64,000 nt of DNA, taken from positions 2,108,001 through 2,172,000 of the forward strand of contig OX597818.1 in the NCBI GenBank assembly GCA_951406725.2, written 5' to 3'. This document shows positions 1 through 13,295 of this stretch, one piece after another. How positions within the stretch are numbered: position 1 is the first letter of the stretch; each line of letters opens with the position of its first letter. A program made the translations under genes and the position numbers. Below the pieces are notes generated by a model. That model searched no databases and had not been told where the DNA came from. It was given only the letters and a program-made list of their open reading frames with translations. This DNA is from Octopus vulgaris. Taxonomy: Eukaryota.

Positions 1-254
1 TGTCATTCACGAAATACAAATGTTTGAGGATTGACTATTGCACGCACTATTATTCACAATAGCAATTTACTGTTATTAATCAGAATCAACCAGAACCATT
101 TTAATAGTAAATTTCTGGGCTGTTGATTGATTTCTTTGTCCTAATTGTTATTGTAAGTAACTGTATATCGACTTTATTCAGTTCTATATTTAAGAGATGA
201 GGAATTATGTACATTATTTACATTTGACGGATATTTGTCCTCTTGTTTGTTGTT

Positions 255-300
255 AACACAACGTTTCGGCTGATATACCCTCCAGCCTTCATCAGGTGTC
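255..300 (-). ncRNA. Minimal type I hammerhead ribozyme motif in PLE 3' end
   Basis: Minus strand reads GACAC-CUGAUGA-A-GGCUG(GAGGGUAUAU)CAGCC-GAAA-CG-UU-GUGUU: stem I, core, stem II and a loopless palindromic stem III (AACGUU). Confidence 0.75.
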
Positions 301-380
301 TTGGGGAAATTTCGAACCTGGGTTCTCATTCCTATGGTATTTTTCGATGTTGTTGTTATTATTTATTATTATTATTATTG

Positions 381-411
<31 letters not shown>

Positions 412-412
<1 letters not shown>

Positions 413-468
413 GCACTTGGAATCTTGGGGTTAGTAGCCTACGCTCTTAACCGCTACGCCATATGCCC
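412..468 (-). other. tRNA-derived (SINE-head-like) segment inside the PLE 3' end
   Basis: Minus strand gggcatatggcgtagcggttaagagcgtaggctactaaccccaagattccaag: A-box TGGCGTAGCGG and anticodon-arm-like GGCT-ACT-AACC; B-box eroded here, fuller in the copy at 48223-48296. Confidence 0.65.
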
Positions 469-2708
469 GTGGGCAATTATGGAGTGAATTTTTAAGGCTT
501 ATAAATCTAATATTTTCCTATCCTTCCTTAATACTGGTTCCCATATGCTATTCATATCTGAACTCAGTCTGCTTAGAAGGTTGTTGTGTCCTAGCATATG
601 AGCCGCTTCTTTCAGTTTTCGTATTTTCCAGTGGTGTTCTCTGTCTATTATTTTAAGTTCATCCCACAGTGGGAGGTGGTCTCCATTTTTCCATTCATGA
701 TCAGCTATACCCAATTTATCAATATCTCCTCATGTCACAGCTTTCCTCTATCCTTATTTTGAGGGGGCGGTATGTTTCGCCTTTGTATAACCTACCACAG
801 CTGCATGGGATGGAGTACACGCAGTTTTTGGTCATATTCTCTTCTATTGGTGGTTTTACTCGAAGGAGATATTTGCGAAGTGTTGTATTACTCTTGAATA
901 CTGTCCTGATGGGCCGCATATCTTTTGTATCTTTTCAGAGAGGCATTTCACATAGGGTAGACATACTGTGGACAGTTTACTGGTTTCATCCTCTCTTTTC
1001 TTCATAATTGGAGTAGATAGTATGTTTTTGGGGTAGTTGCGGCTTAATAGATTGTTACTGAGCTTGATCATTTCTTCGTGGTGGGTATCACGATCGCTGC
1101 TTATATTTTTTGCGCGATATTTTAGGCACTGAGCAATCCCTCTCTTTACACTGTGTGGATGGTAGGAATTGAAGTTAAGGTATCTTCCAGTGAAGGTCGG
1201 CTTGCGGTATACGTATGTCCTGAATCCATACTTGGTGCGTGTTATTAATACGTCCAGGAATGCTAGCAGATTTTCTTTTTCCTTTTCCATTGTGAACTGT
1301 ATTGATGGCTTTATTGAGTTCACAAGATCTAACAGCACTTGGACATCTTCCTGGTGGGGCCAGAGTATAAAAGTGTCATTAACATATCGCAGCTATAGGG
1401 TTGGTTCTAGTGGTGTTGATACTAAAACCAAATTCTCAAAGTATTCCATGTATATATTGACTATTATAGGAGATAATGGTGAACCCATTGCTAAACCCTC
1501 TTCTTGTCGATATATATCAGTGTCCATACTGAAATAGGTAGTTTCTACACAGAAGGTCAACATTTCCATCAAGTTTCTTATTGGTATACTAGTGCGTTCT
1601 TTTAGATAGGTGTCTATCACTAGTTTCTCTTGAATCACCGATAGTGCTTCATCAGTTGGGACTTTGGTGAACAGACTTATCACATCTTGACTCGCCATCT
1701 GGTTGGATCCAATGGAAATATCCTTAATCAATTCTGTGAAGTGGGTGGAATTCTTTACGTACGATGTTGACTTTCTTGCTAATGGACTGATTATATCCAC
1801 AAGGAAGCGGCTCAATGGATGACATTCTGAACCTCTACCGTTCACTATAGGTCTAAATGGAATACCATCCTTATGAATTTTAGCGAGACCGAATAAGTGT
1901 GGTAGTTTACTGTAGTGTTGAGTCAGTTGTCTGTATTTCATTGGTGTAAAGTGATCCTTGTTCTTTGATCAAGATCTGTAACAACTTCCTCTCTATTTTC
2001 AGAGTTGGGTCTTTCTTTATTTTGCTGTAGCTACCATCACCTATAAGACTTGCCACAGGAGTTGCTAGAAATAACAGTCAAAACATTGTTTAAAACAGAC
2101 ATTTATTTGTTTAAAAAATTCAAGAACGAAAGTTTGCAATACACTCAAGGATTTTATAAAATAAACTAGCTGGCCCTGTGCAGTCAAAAATGACGATTAA
2201 TTGTAGTATTTTATATATAAAAATGGATGGTAAATCAAATTAATACACTTGTCAATGTTATCTAGTGGTTGTCTTTTGACACACACACACGCACGCACGC
2301 ACGCACACACACACAAACATTCACATACCTTCCTTTTACATTCACATATACTCACACAGAGTTAAAACGTTCCCACTACCAGTTTGCCTTCACCCCTTCC
2401 TTCCTTATTCATCTATCACCCCTTCCTTTCTCATTAATATGTTGTGACGGAGAAAAACACAAGAGTATTATTGTAGAAGATTATCTTTCTCGTATCTCCT
2501 TTTCCTCCTTGTGCGGGTGGAGGTGCTTATCTCCCTTTGAAAACATAAGGACAAAGAAAGTGTGTCAAAGCCAACAGGAAACGGGGTTTCCTAGGGCTAA
2601 ATAGCAGCAGCATTCTTTCCTTTCATGGGACTGTCACATTAAATCGGCAACGTACCATCACTTTATCATGCTGCTACTGTATAAATCTCTCTAAAGGATT
2701 TAGAAATG

Positions 2709-3654
<946 letters not shown>

Positions 3655-3666
3655 TATATATGTATG

Positions 3667-3739
<73 letters not shown>

Positions 3740-6367
3740 TCATATATATACATACATATACATTCCTTCTCTCCCTCTCTCTCTCGGTCACTGCTTCTGT
3801 CCTCGCCTTCCACCCTCCTTAGTCCCCTCTCTCTCTTACCCTCTTGCGACTTGCTGCCTCAGCCATTCTGTTTCCATCGGCCGCTTGTTCAACATGTGTC
3901 TTATCACCGAAAAGGTAATTATTTTTCCAAGCTTGCTGATATTGTTTTTGTGTCTCTCTTTTTGTCTCAAAGCCGTAGGGCGCCTGTGTCATCCATGTCT
4001 TTAAACGTTACTGTCTCCAAAAAAGATTTTTCGTTTCATGTTCGTCTCTGTTGCGTTGCATTCTTTCCTTCTGTGGCTGGCTGATTCAGAGCGGATCTCA
4101 GAATTAAACAGCCGAAATCTGCGATGAGGGATCAGTTTCTGACTGAAGAATGAAGGCTTTGAATGACCCGTTTGTCTTTTTGTTCGTCCCTTCGTGTATT
4201 TCACGTTATTTATTTATGTAAAGGTTTATTATATACATATATACACATACATACATATATACGCGAGTGTGTGTGGGTGTATGCCTTATGTATGTGTTTG
4301 TATGTATGCATATTGTACCTACTTATTGTCTCCTAATAGTGTTCAACTCACAATGGAATTACAAACAATTGAAAGAAAGATCGCTTTCTTGCGTAGCCGA
4401 ATATTTGTAAGGTTGAACGTTTTGTGACTATAACATGTGAAACGAAGATGTAAGAGATTTGCATTTTACATATGTAAAATATGTTTACATTTGGAAGATC
4501 CTTGAGTAACTGGTACAAAACTTTGTAATTTGAAAACATCCGATTTGGGCGCCATTGTAAAGGGCTAAAGTTCTGTATGGATTACTTGAACCCTCAGTTC
4601 AAATCATATTACCGGTAGCATTGTAAAACATCCTCGCACACTAGGCTTCCCTGAAATACTGTAATATCTTATCCTAGAGTTCAGTTTCTTCTATACGTAC
4701 AGACTTCTTGAAGTCTGTACGTATTTACAGCTAGATTCCTATTTACAGTTAAGTAGACTGGGCTATTTTGAGAATTATGCATCATAGCCACTGACATAAC
4801 GCAGTTTCACAGACAAGACACAAACTGCCGATCTCCTGATTATTTGACTTCTACCCAACATCCTTTTCCTAGGACAGTGAAGGCTCACCTCTATGGGTCT
4901 AGTGGGAAATTTCAGACCTAATCAATCAAAAGACCGACCCTTACATCATTACTCAGTACCGTCAGCTCTAATGATGTCTTAGTGTTACATAAACAACTGC
5001 AAGGCTATTTTGACCCACATTCCTCAAGAAGACAGTTCGGTTCCCGATTAAACGCTAGATTTTCTCACCATCCTTTGTCAGATAAAGGAATAGACAGAGT
5101 TTTTAGAGTCAATAAGTATTTGTCGTGACATATACTTCAAATCCACTGAAACCAACTTCGTCTTTTATTCATCTTTTTGGAGACGATGAAAAAGTACCAC
5201 CAATCGAAAGCAATGGATTAAATCTGCATAGACGTCGGACCGGATGCGACACAGTATTTGTTCTGGTTCTATGCGTTCTGAGCTCATATCCTGCCATGCT
5301 CTACATGAATGATGCTAGTCTTAATCCAATTCCCAGTTTAACTCCACCATCCCATCTGATGGGTAATAGTAATGTTAAACTAGTGTTAACGGTATCCTGT
5401 CGTAAACATTTGGGCCAGATCTTCAGTTTGGGAATAATTTCCTCCTAGCAGTTTCACGGCTCAGTGCTGGTTGATGAGCACTTCCTTCCCTCTTGACCTA
5501 TAAGATCAATAAATTACTTGGACGCCAACCAAAACTGGTGGGGAGGGGTGATGAAGAAGAATTTGGCATAACAGACTGTACGCCAAATAAAAATATAGAA
5601 GAGAGGGTTAAAGTGACTACAATAGTTTGGTGGGAAAGCCATACACATCATCTTTTCATGTTTTCACCCTAATTTGTCACCTACCAATGAATCAGTTCTA
5701 CAAGGCTCAATACTTAGGGACAATACTTGTGAAAATGAACTGTACCTCTACTAAGATAACGATACATTGTAATATCAACTGGAAATAGGAATATCGTTGT
5801 AACTAGTTTAAACAGACTTTGCAAAACTAGTGTTCTCAGATTGCCTTTGAAAAATACAATAAATACTCTACGTGTTACTCTATGCAACAAGCAGGTGTGA
5901 ATAGAACATGTCTCCACACTAAGTAATGAGGTTCATGGTTCACTGAATACCAATACGTAAAGGCCGAAAGTTGCAACTACTGAGACTATTTTGTTATACT
6001 ACGACAATAGAAGTGCTGTGAACTACAGATTTTGACTTGTTGGATCTCTATGACTAAGGAGGCTATTATTCAGAAATGCATTTTACATGCATGAATACAA
6101 ACATACGTACATATTTATTGAATACACGCTAACACACATAAACAATAATAAAGAATACAGACCTACACACCACTACGAGCGCAAATTATGCACCTGCATA
6201 CACAAATACATGTGTCTGTGTGTGTTTATGTGTGTGTGTATGTTTGTGAGTGTGTGTGTGTGTAGGCATAATATCTATAATTTTGTCTATTAGTCTGTCT
6301 CTCCGTCTGTTTGAACGTACGTATGTAGGTATATATCTATGTATGTATCTATGTATATATTTGATTG

Positions 6368-7980
6368 TGTGTTGTGCTAAAATGGGAGATGTGGAGTGGT
6401 GGAAAAGTTTCACTTTGTCCGGCGCTGCCATTCCAACTTTGACAGAACCACCAGTCAAGAGCTTGAAGCAGCCTGAGGGGCACAGTTTCCATCTGGGGAA
6501 TCAGTAAAAATCTTAAGAACTTGTTTATTAAAGTCGACAAATTTGGAATGTTCAGTTGCGTCAAAGCATGCCATACTGCCCAGGATTTTGTGGCCCCTGT
6601 CATTATACGATTTTAGCATGTCAACTGTGGAAACCCTGGAGAGGAAAATTATCAGTTTTTTGAGGAGGTACTTGGCTTGTCAACGAGCCTTAGCAAAATC
6701 TCTCGGTGTGGTTCAACCAACACCTTATGACACCGATTCAGCAGCCTCTCAGGTGAGTTCATAGAATCAAGAATAAGAGAGATCGCAAAATACAGAGATT
6801 CCAGTGACACAAAAGTAGCAGGAACTGATATTGAAGTTCGCACAGGTAGGAATGGGAGTGTTGCCAGAGTTGTAGATGTAGAGGAACAGATGAAACAGAT
6901 GGCCCTGATTGGGACTGTGGTGATAAGGTATCCACGTCCAGGCTATTTCTCAAGTCTCCTGATTGGAAGCGCCGAAGGATAAGAGAGACAACATCTACTC
7001 CAAGAAGTTCACACGGGCATTAAAGAAGCAAAAGTTAGTAGGATGGTGGAACTCAGTCAACAAGGAGCCGGAGAAAGGTGAGCCAATATACAGCAGTGCA
7101 ATATTACCTGGTTGGTAAACAAGTGTATCAAATTTCTAATCCAGGCTGTCTATGACTCTTTACCAAGTCCAACAAACCTTGACTCATAATAAAACACCGC
7201 CTTGTCCCTTGCGTACTAATAGAAGGTCCCTTCAGCGTCTCAGCAGCTTCATCAGAATTTTAGCCGATGGCCACTCTCCCGCTAGCGGCATGATCAGTTG
7301 CTTAGGGTGATTGCAGATGTTATATCAACAGACATTCGGTCCAGTAAATACCATCCCAGGAAAGAGGCTCTTAATTTTCTTCGAATCGGAGAAACAACCA
7401 TTGTGCCTACTTTCCACAGCCCTAGACTAATGGCTGGGAGTGGATCTCATAGAACAGTTAAAGGTGGATCTCAGAGAATGGTTGAAATTCCCAGATTAAA
7501 TTGTACAAACAACACTCCACCTAGACATAGTGATCTTTTCAAATAGTACCAAAAAGGTGCTCATGTGGGAACTGACTGTGCCCCGGGAGAAACACGTGGA
7601 GGAAGCTCATGAGAGGAAGCTTGCTAAAAATCAGGAGTGGATTGAGCAGTGCATAAATCTAGGCAAGGAGGCACATTGCAAGGCAATAGAAGTGGACTAT
7701 TGAAATTTTGTGAGGGGTTCATTCAGCAAAGCTCTGACTGGGCTTCGTGTTACGGGCGTTGTAAAGAGGAGGGCTATAAATTCCATTACTGAAGCTGAAG
7801 AGAAGGTCACTAGTTGTAATTAGACAAAGAAGGTAGATTAGTGGTTTGCCGCTCCTGGGATGGAAGTTGGGACTTGATCAACCCTGGTTGAGTCAAATGG
7901 CCGAGAGAGTCTGTTAAAAGAACTGGGATCCCCGAAACCCCAGAAACATTACTGACAATGCAGCTCAAATAATCCACGAA
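6368..7980 (+). mobile_element. Decayed HERO-type (RLE) non-LTR retrotransposon, 3' half
   Basis: Frame-broken motifs IPTLTEPPVKSL, HAILPRILWPL, VETLERKI, RHDQLLRVIAD, VLMWELTVP..HVEEAHERKL, AIEV. Confidence 0.8.
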
Positions 7981-8007
7981 ATGTAGTTTAAAACTAAGAC
8001 TTATTAA

Positions 8008-8051
<44 letters not shown>

Positions 8052-8055
<4 letters not shown>

Positions 8056-8846
8056 TGAAATGGATAAATGAATTATCTTGTTACGGATTATTCAAAATTT
8101 AACCGATACCTGGGTACCAAAAATCACAACAGAAAAAACACGGTTGAGGTTACGACCATGGGGTGTCGCAACCGTGCCTTAGCGCGGATAATTGAAGTTT
8201 TATATATTTAGTGAAGGGAAGAAATGGAGTTGAACGAAGATTCTACAAAATTCCTTTTTATTATTTTCTACACATGTTTCAAAGGCTGCAAATTTCCAAA
8301 TTCGGATTGAATAAGGAGACCATTTTGTAGCTTTCTCTTCAGGAAAATCCAGGAATTTAAATCTCCAAACAAATGCGCAGCAAGCTATTCGAACAAAACG
8401 CTCCCTAGGAGCCCATGGTATGAATGGCACAAAACTGTCTCTCAATATGCGTTGACGTCAGGGTGGGTGAAGGCCGACGAAAAAGTCCGTCGGAATAAAT
8501 CGAGGTCAAACTGCGGTTAAATTTAACCTACCAAATTTAACCACAGTTTGACCTCGATTTATTCCAACGGACTTTTTCGTCGGCCTTCACCCACCCTGAC
8601 GTCAACGCATATTGAGAGACAGTTTTGTGCCATTCATACCATGGGCTCCTAGGAAGCGCTTTGTTCGAAAAGCTTGCTGCGCATTTGTTTGGAGATTTAA
8701 ATTCCTGGATTTTCCTGAAGAGAAAGCTGCAAAATGGTTTCCTTATTCAATCCGAATTTGGAAATTTGCAGCCTTTGAAACATGTGTAGAAAATAATAAA
8801 AAGGAATTTTGTAGAATCTTCGTTCAGCTCCATTTCTTCTCTTCAC

Positions 8847-8856
<10 letters not shown>
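8052..8856. mobile_element. Fold-back PLE-type insertion: 324-bp inverted arms plus one-sided tail
   Basis: 8201-8524 is the near reverse complement of 8533-8856 (8-nt spacer aacctacc); 8052-8200 is unpaired; flanked by (TA)n. Confidence 0.8.
8710..8793 (+). ncRNA. Type I hammerhead motif (mirror copy at 8264-8347, minus)
   Basis: UUUUC-CUGAAGA-GAAAGCUGCAAA...UUUGCAGCCUUU-GAAA-CA(UG)UG-UA-GAAAA; predicted cleavage after GUA. Confidence 0.7.
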
Positions 8857-8890
<34 letters not shown>

Positions 8891-8899
8891 TATTTATAG

Positions 8900-9570
8900 G
8901 AGAGGAAAAATTATAAAAAGGTAGATGCTAAATTGAAGGTAAATTTTAATAAAAATGGGTGTATTTGAAAGGGGAAAAGAATTTTTATTTTAAATTGAGG
9001 AAGGGAAAAAAAGAAATTTACAATGTTTTTTTTCAAAAAAATAATAATAAACATATACAAAAATTAAAAAATAAGTATACCGATACATTGTAGAGTCTTT
9101 ATGTTTTTTTAGTTCAATAATAGTCCTTGGAAAATTTTCTTTGGAGGATTAAGATCCCTGTGATTAAACGTGGTGCTTAGTTTAAAGTGTTTCGTAAAAA
9201 AAATGTCAAAACAGGAAATGGGGTAGGAGTTATCCAGTTCCTGTGAATAAGGGGAGACAACTCTGTGGATTTTATGCTCTTCAGTTGGGATTATCAATTT
9301 TTTGTCAGATAGAATGTTAGAAAATAGGAGTATGGTCATCGTGAGGTTTGCATATTAAGACGCGTTCGGAATTTTTCAATAAAAAGATTCTTCTTGTTGA
9401 TTCTTTCTTGTGTAGTGATTCTGTCTTTACATTGGTAGAAGGGGAATATGTGGAATTTATGATTTTTGCCTCTAGCGCACGAGTCTATGTGGCTACTTAG
9501 TGGAATTTGACGGTATTCTGGGAGATTTATCTGTTCTTTATGGACCGCTACTCTTCTACATAAAGGAAGG
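8900..9570 (-). mobile_element. PLE fragment: C-terminal GIY-YIG endonuclease plus 3' UTR
   Basis: LCRRVAVHKEQI...SHIDSC...ERINKKNLFIEKFRTRLN resembles PLE endonuclease C-termini. Confidence 0.7.
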
Positions 9571-10257
9571 CTATATATATCTCTATATATAAAACTGAAA
9601 TGCGTTTTTACCGCTTGGATCGCTTTCAATGCCACTACGTCCCGTCCGATTCGCTCCAAAATTTACAGGGACATGTAGAATGAGGTGACGATGCTCGTGG
9701 GCTACCTTAGAAATCCCTATCTTAAAAGGTGTGGTTGCTAGGGGCCATCTTCCTCACTCACGCTATTTCCTCTAATACCCTCTCACTCCTCTTCATTTAT
9801 AACTTTCACAAGTTCACTACCGTTATTTAAAGTATCTGTCACTCTCGCTATTTCCTCTCTTTTTCACTGACTCTGTTTCCTACCTTCCCATCATATCAGC
9901 GGCGTTCTTTTAAGTATCTGTCTGTCACCAACAACACACGAGCATGAGAACAAATATTATGAATCAGATATTCTTGCGTTCATTTATATGTGTGTGTGTG
10001 TTCTATATATAAATATGTATATATAATGTATGTGTGCGTGTGTTCAATATATAAATATGTATATATAATGTATGTGTGTGTGTGTGTGTTCTATATATAA
10101 ATATGTATATATACAAAGTGTATATATCTGTATTTATGTATATTAAACTTTTTCATACTTTTTCATAGTTATATATATTTTTAAACAAATTATAAATATA
10201 AGTTAATAATTTTTATTTTCAATTTAAATAATTTAAATTTTTCAATTTTATATTTTA

Positions 10258-10653
10258 CTAGCAGTATCGCCCGGCGTTGCTCGGGTTTGTAAGGGAAATA
10301 ACTATATAAGCATTTTTAGAGAGTTATGGCAAAAAAATAGCAAAAAAATGCATTAAAAATGGAATAAAAAATTATGGTAATTTTTTTTTAAATCGTTGAC
10401 TCATCGTAGACATCTTTAGAGAGTTACTTCCCTTATATAATAGCGAAAAAATGCATTAAAATGGAAAAAATGATGGTAAATTTTTTTTAAATCGTAGACT
10501 CATCGTAGACGCGCGCTAATACCCAGAAGGGCTCGATATGAATCACGACTATAAGATACCTGGTTTTGGTTAAACTGCACCGCAAAATGTGGGAGTAGTT
10601 AGGAATTTAAATCGTAGGAGACAGACACACAACTTCACTTTTATATATAAAGA
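10258..10653 (-). mobile_element. Non-autonomous Helitron (family B)
   Basis: Minus strand starts TC.TTATATATAAAAG and ends with hairpin cccgagcaacgccggg plus CTAG; homologous to 17201-17717 and 11395-11836. Confidence 0.75.
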
Positions 10654-10659
10654 TTTGTG

Positions 10660-11836
10660 CAACAACTAAAACATTCGGTTGTGCAAATTGTTTGCACAGG
10701 AAACCTGCCCCGTGTGGCGGTTTTTGCCGCTTTTGTGGATCTGTTTCAGCTTTTTTAGCGATTTCTGTTCGTTGTTCTAAAAGAACGCTGGTCTCCTTGA
10801 CAACGCTTTACGACGTTGATTTCCCTACCCTGCCTTCCCCACAGCTTCACGAGGGAGGGAAGAAGGGGAGGAGCTACACAGGTGCAGGTGCGAGCATGAA
10901 CGCCAACGCCGCCACCAACACACGAAAAAATTGGAAGAACCCAGACGACAGCTTCAGCCACCACCACCACCACGACCAACACCATCACCACTACCACCAT
11001 GACCACCACCACCATCACGAAGACCACCACGACCACCACCACGACCACCATCATCACCACGACCACCACCACCACCATCATCACCACCCCCACCACCACG
11101 ACCACCACCACAAACACGACGACCACCACAACCACGACCACCATCACCACTACCAGCACCACCGCCACCACCGCTGCCACTACCACCGCCTCCACCACCA
11201 CCATACTATGCCTCTGCTCTCTCCTTTTGGCTACTAAATCCATTACTATATATCACAAGTACCATCGCCATACAATATTGCCTTCAAAAGTTTGTTTGGA
11301 TAATATCTTTTAAGTAAAAGTTGTGCAACAACTATAACATTCGGCTGTGCAAATTATTTGCACGGGAAACCTTCCCTGTGTGGCGTGTTTCCCGATTTTG
11401 TAGAATTTGCTTTCGGGCTTTCTTAGCCATTTCTGTTTTGGTGTCTTCAAGCCATGAAGTCGTTGTTCTAAAAGAACGCTGGTCTCCTTGACAACGCTTT
11501 ACGACGTTGATTTCCTTACACACCCTTCCCCACAGCTTCACGAGGGAGGGAAGAAGGGGGAGAAGCAACACAGGTGCAGGTGTGAGCATGGACGCCAACT
11601 CCGCCGCCTTCCCTTTATTTAAAAAATATGCGTTAAAATGGAAAAAAATTATGGTAAATTATTTTTAAAATCGTAGACTCATCGTAGACGCGCGCTAATA
11701 CCCAGACGGGCTCGATATGAATCACGACTATAAGATACCCGAATTTGGTGAAACTGCACCGCAAAATGTGGGAGTAGTTAGGAATCTAAATCGTAGGAGA
11801 CAGACACTCACACAACTTCACTTTTATATATATAGA
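10660..11836 (-). mobile_element. Helitron family B composite with internal duplication and (CAC)n expansion
   Basis: 10665-10910 duplicated at 11323-11608; 11620-11836 matches the family B 5' end. Confidence 0.6.
10955..11205. repeat. Degenerate (CAC/CAT/GAC)n trinucleotide repeat
   Basis: Directly visible; produces spurious poly-His, poly-Thr and poly-Val ORFs. Confidence 0.95.
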
Positions 11837-11989
11837 AGATATATTTTCTATATTATATTTTTTTTTAATGTTTTTGTTTTTGGTTTTTCACTGTTTGATT
11901 TGCCTATTAGTGGTTTTATCTCTAATTTAATTTATACAGATATATATCTCATTTGTATACATTTGTATATATAATGCGTGCACACACAC

Positions 11990-12072
<83 letters not shown>

Positions 12073-12849
12073 GTGTGCATTACGTAGTCGGTCGATTCAG
12101 CTGAAAATATGCACACCTATGTTAAAAGTGCTGGCAAGTTTGCATGACAACTATTTTTTTCCTCATCTTATAAAATGTGGCCCCAGTAGACCCGAATGAC
12201 ATCGGGTTATATTAACCAAAATGTGAAAAGGGGTCTAAATGGGGCTGGAAGGGGATTAAAATTTAAAGGAGCAGGTGTTTAGCAATTCTCTGTTACATCA
12301 AGCTAAAAAATTTGCGCCAGCCTTTTAATCGTCAATGTGTTGCCGTCCATGATAAACAAGTTTTGAATGCTTGCCATGGTGAGTCTACTGTCGTGAGAAA
12401 GAGTCACTTCAAAACTTGGTGTTTACGAATTTTATTTTACATCAAGTTCAAAATTTTACGCCAGCCGTTAAACTGTCAATACGTTGCTGTCCGTTGTTAA
12501 GAAATGCCAGCCATGGTGACTCTACTATCCTCAGATTCTATCCCTTCAAACTTTAGTTTCCAATATTTTATTATTTTTATTCAGCTCGCAAGTTCGTCTG
12601 TCCCTTTTAAATGTTAGCGTTTTGCTGTCTGCCTTGAAGCAGACCTTTCCGTTGCCACTGCCTGATGTTTATGATTGATCTTTCTAAATATTTTATCTCT
12701 CAACTTACTCAAGATCTTCTGTTGTTTATAAATGGGAGAGAGATAGATAAAGATAGAGAGTAAGAGAAAGCGAGGGAGAGTCCGAGAGAAAAGAAAAGTA
12801 AGAGAGTGGGAAAGTGAGAGAGAAAGGAGAGAGAAACAAATACGGAGAA

Positions 12850-13157
12850 TCATCATCATCATCGTTTAACGTCCGTTTTCCGTGCTAGCACAGGTTGGAC
12901 AGTGTGACCAGAGTCTGAGAAGCCAGGAGGCTGCACCAGGCTCCAGTCTGATCTGGCAGTGTTTCTACAGGTGGATGACCTTCCTAACGCCAACCACTCT
13001 GTGAGTGTAGTGGGTGCTTTTTTTGTGCCGCCGGCACAGGTGCCAGGGGGGCTCGTAGCGGCAACGATCGGTTGGTGCTTTTTATGTGCCACCGGCACAG
13101 AAGCAAGTCAAGGCGGCGCTGCAATCGGCCACGTTCGGATGGTGCTTTTTACGTGCT
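12850..13157 (-). mobile_element. RTE LINE 3'-end fragment with (GAT)n tail
   Basis: catcatcatcatcgtttaacgtccg...; matches 29960-30250 and 41810-42000. Confidence 0.75.
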
Positions 13158-13223
13158 GATAGGAAGCAACAGAAAGTAACAACCACACTCTTACCCGCAC
13201 GTAGAGCGGGTCACCTTCAGCTA

Positions 13224-13289
<66 letters not shown>

Positions 13290-13295
<6 letters not shown>

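Larger units (their letters stand above)
179..2045 (-). mobile_element. 5'-truncated, decayed Penelope-like retroelement (RT + GIY-YIG) with 3' pseudo-LTR
   Basis: Broken ORFs: GLAKIHKDGIPFRPIV, YRQEEGLAMGSPLSP, LRYVNDTF, FLDVLI, YRKPT, and GIY-YIG NCVYSIPCSCGRLYKGET; in-frame stop and frameshifts. Confidence 0.92.
9580..13224 (+). mobile_element. Non-autonomous Helitron (family A), interrupted by nested insertions
   Basis: 5' TC(TC)TATATATAAAA start; 3' hairpin acccgc...gcgggt followed by CTAG|T; segments homologous to 35565-39517. Confidence 0.7.

Noticed and set aside
8200-8899. Two near-identical 81/95-aa ORFs on opposite strands (similar pairs at 36321/38470 and 36742/37887)
   Set aside because: Consequence of the palindromes; TTG starts in several cases, no recognisable domains.
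10692-11313. Poly-His, poly-Thr and poly-Val ORFs
   Set aside because: (CAC)n expansion inside a Helitron-derived repeat; open in several frames by composition.
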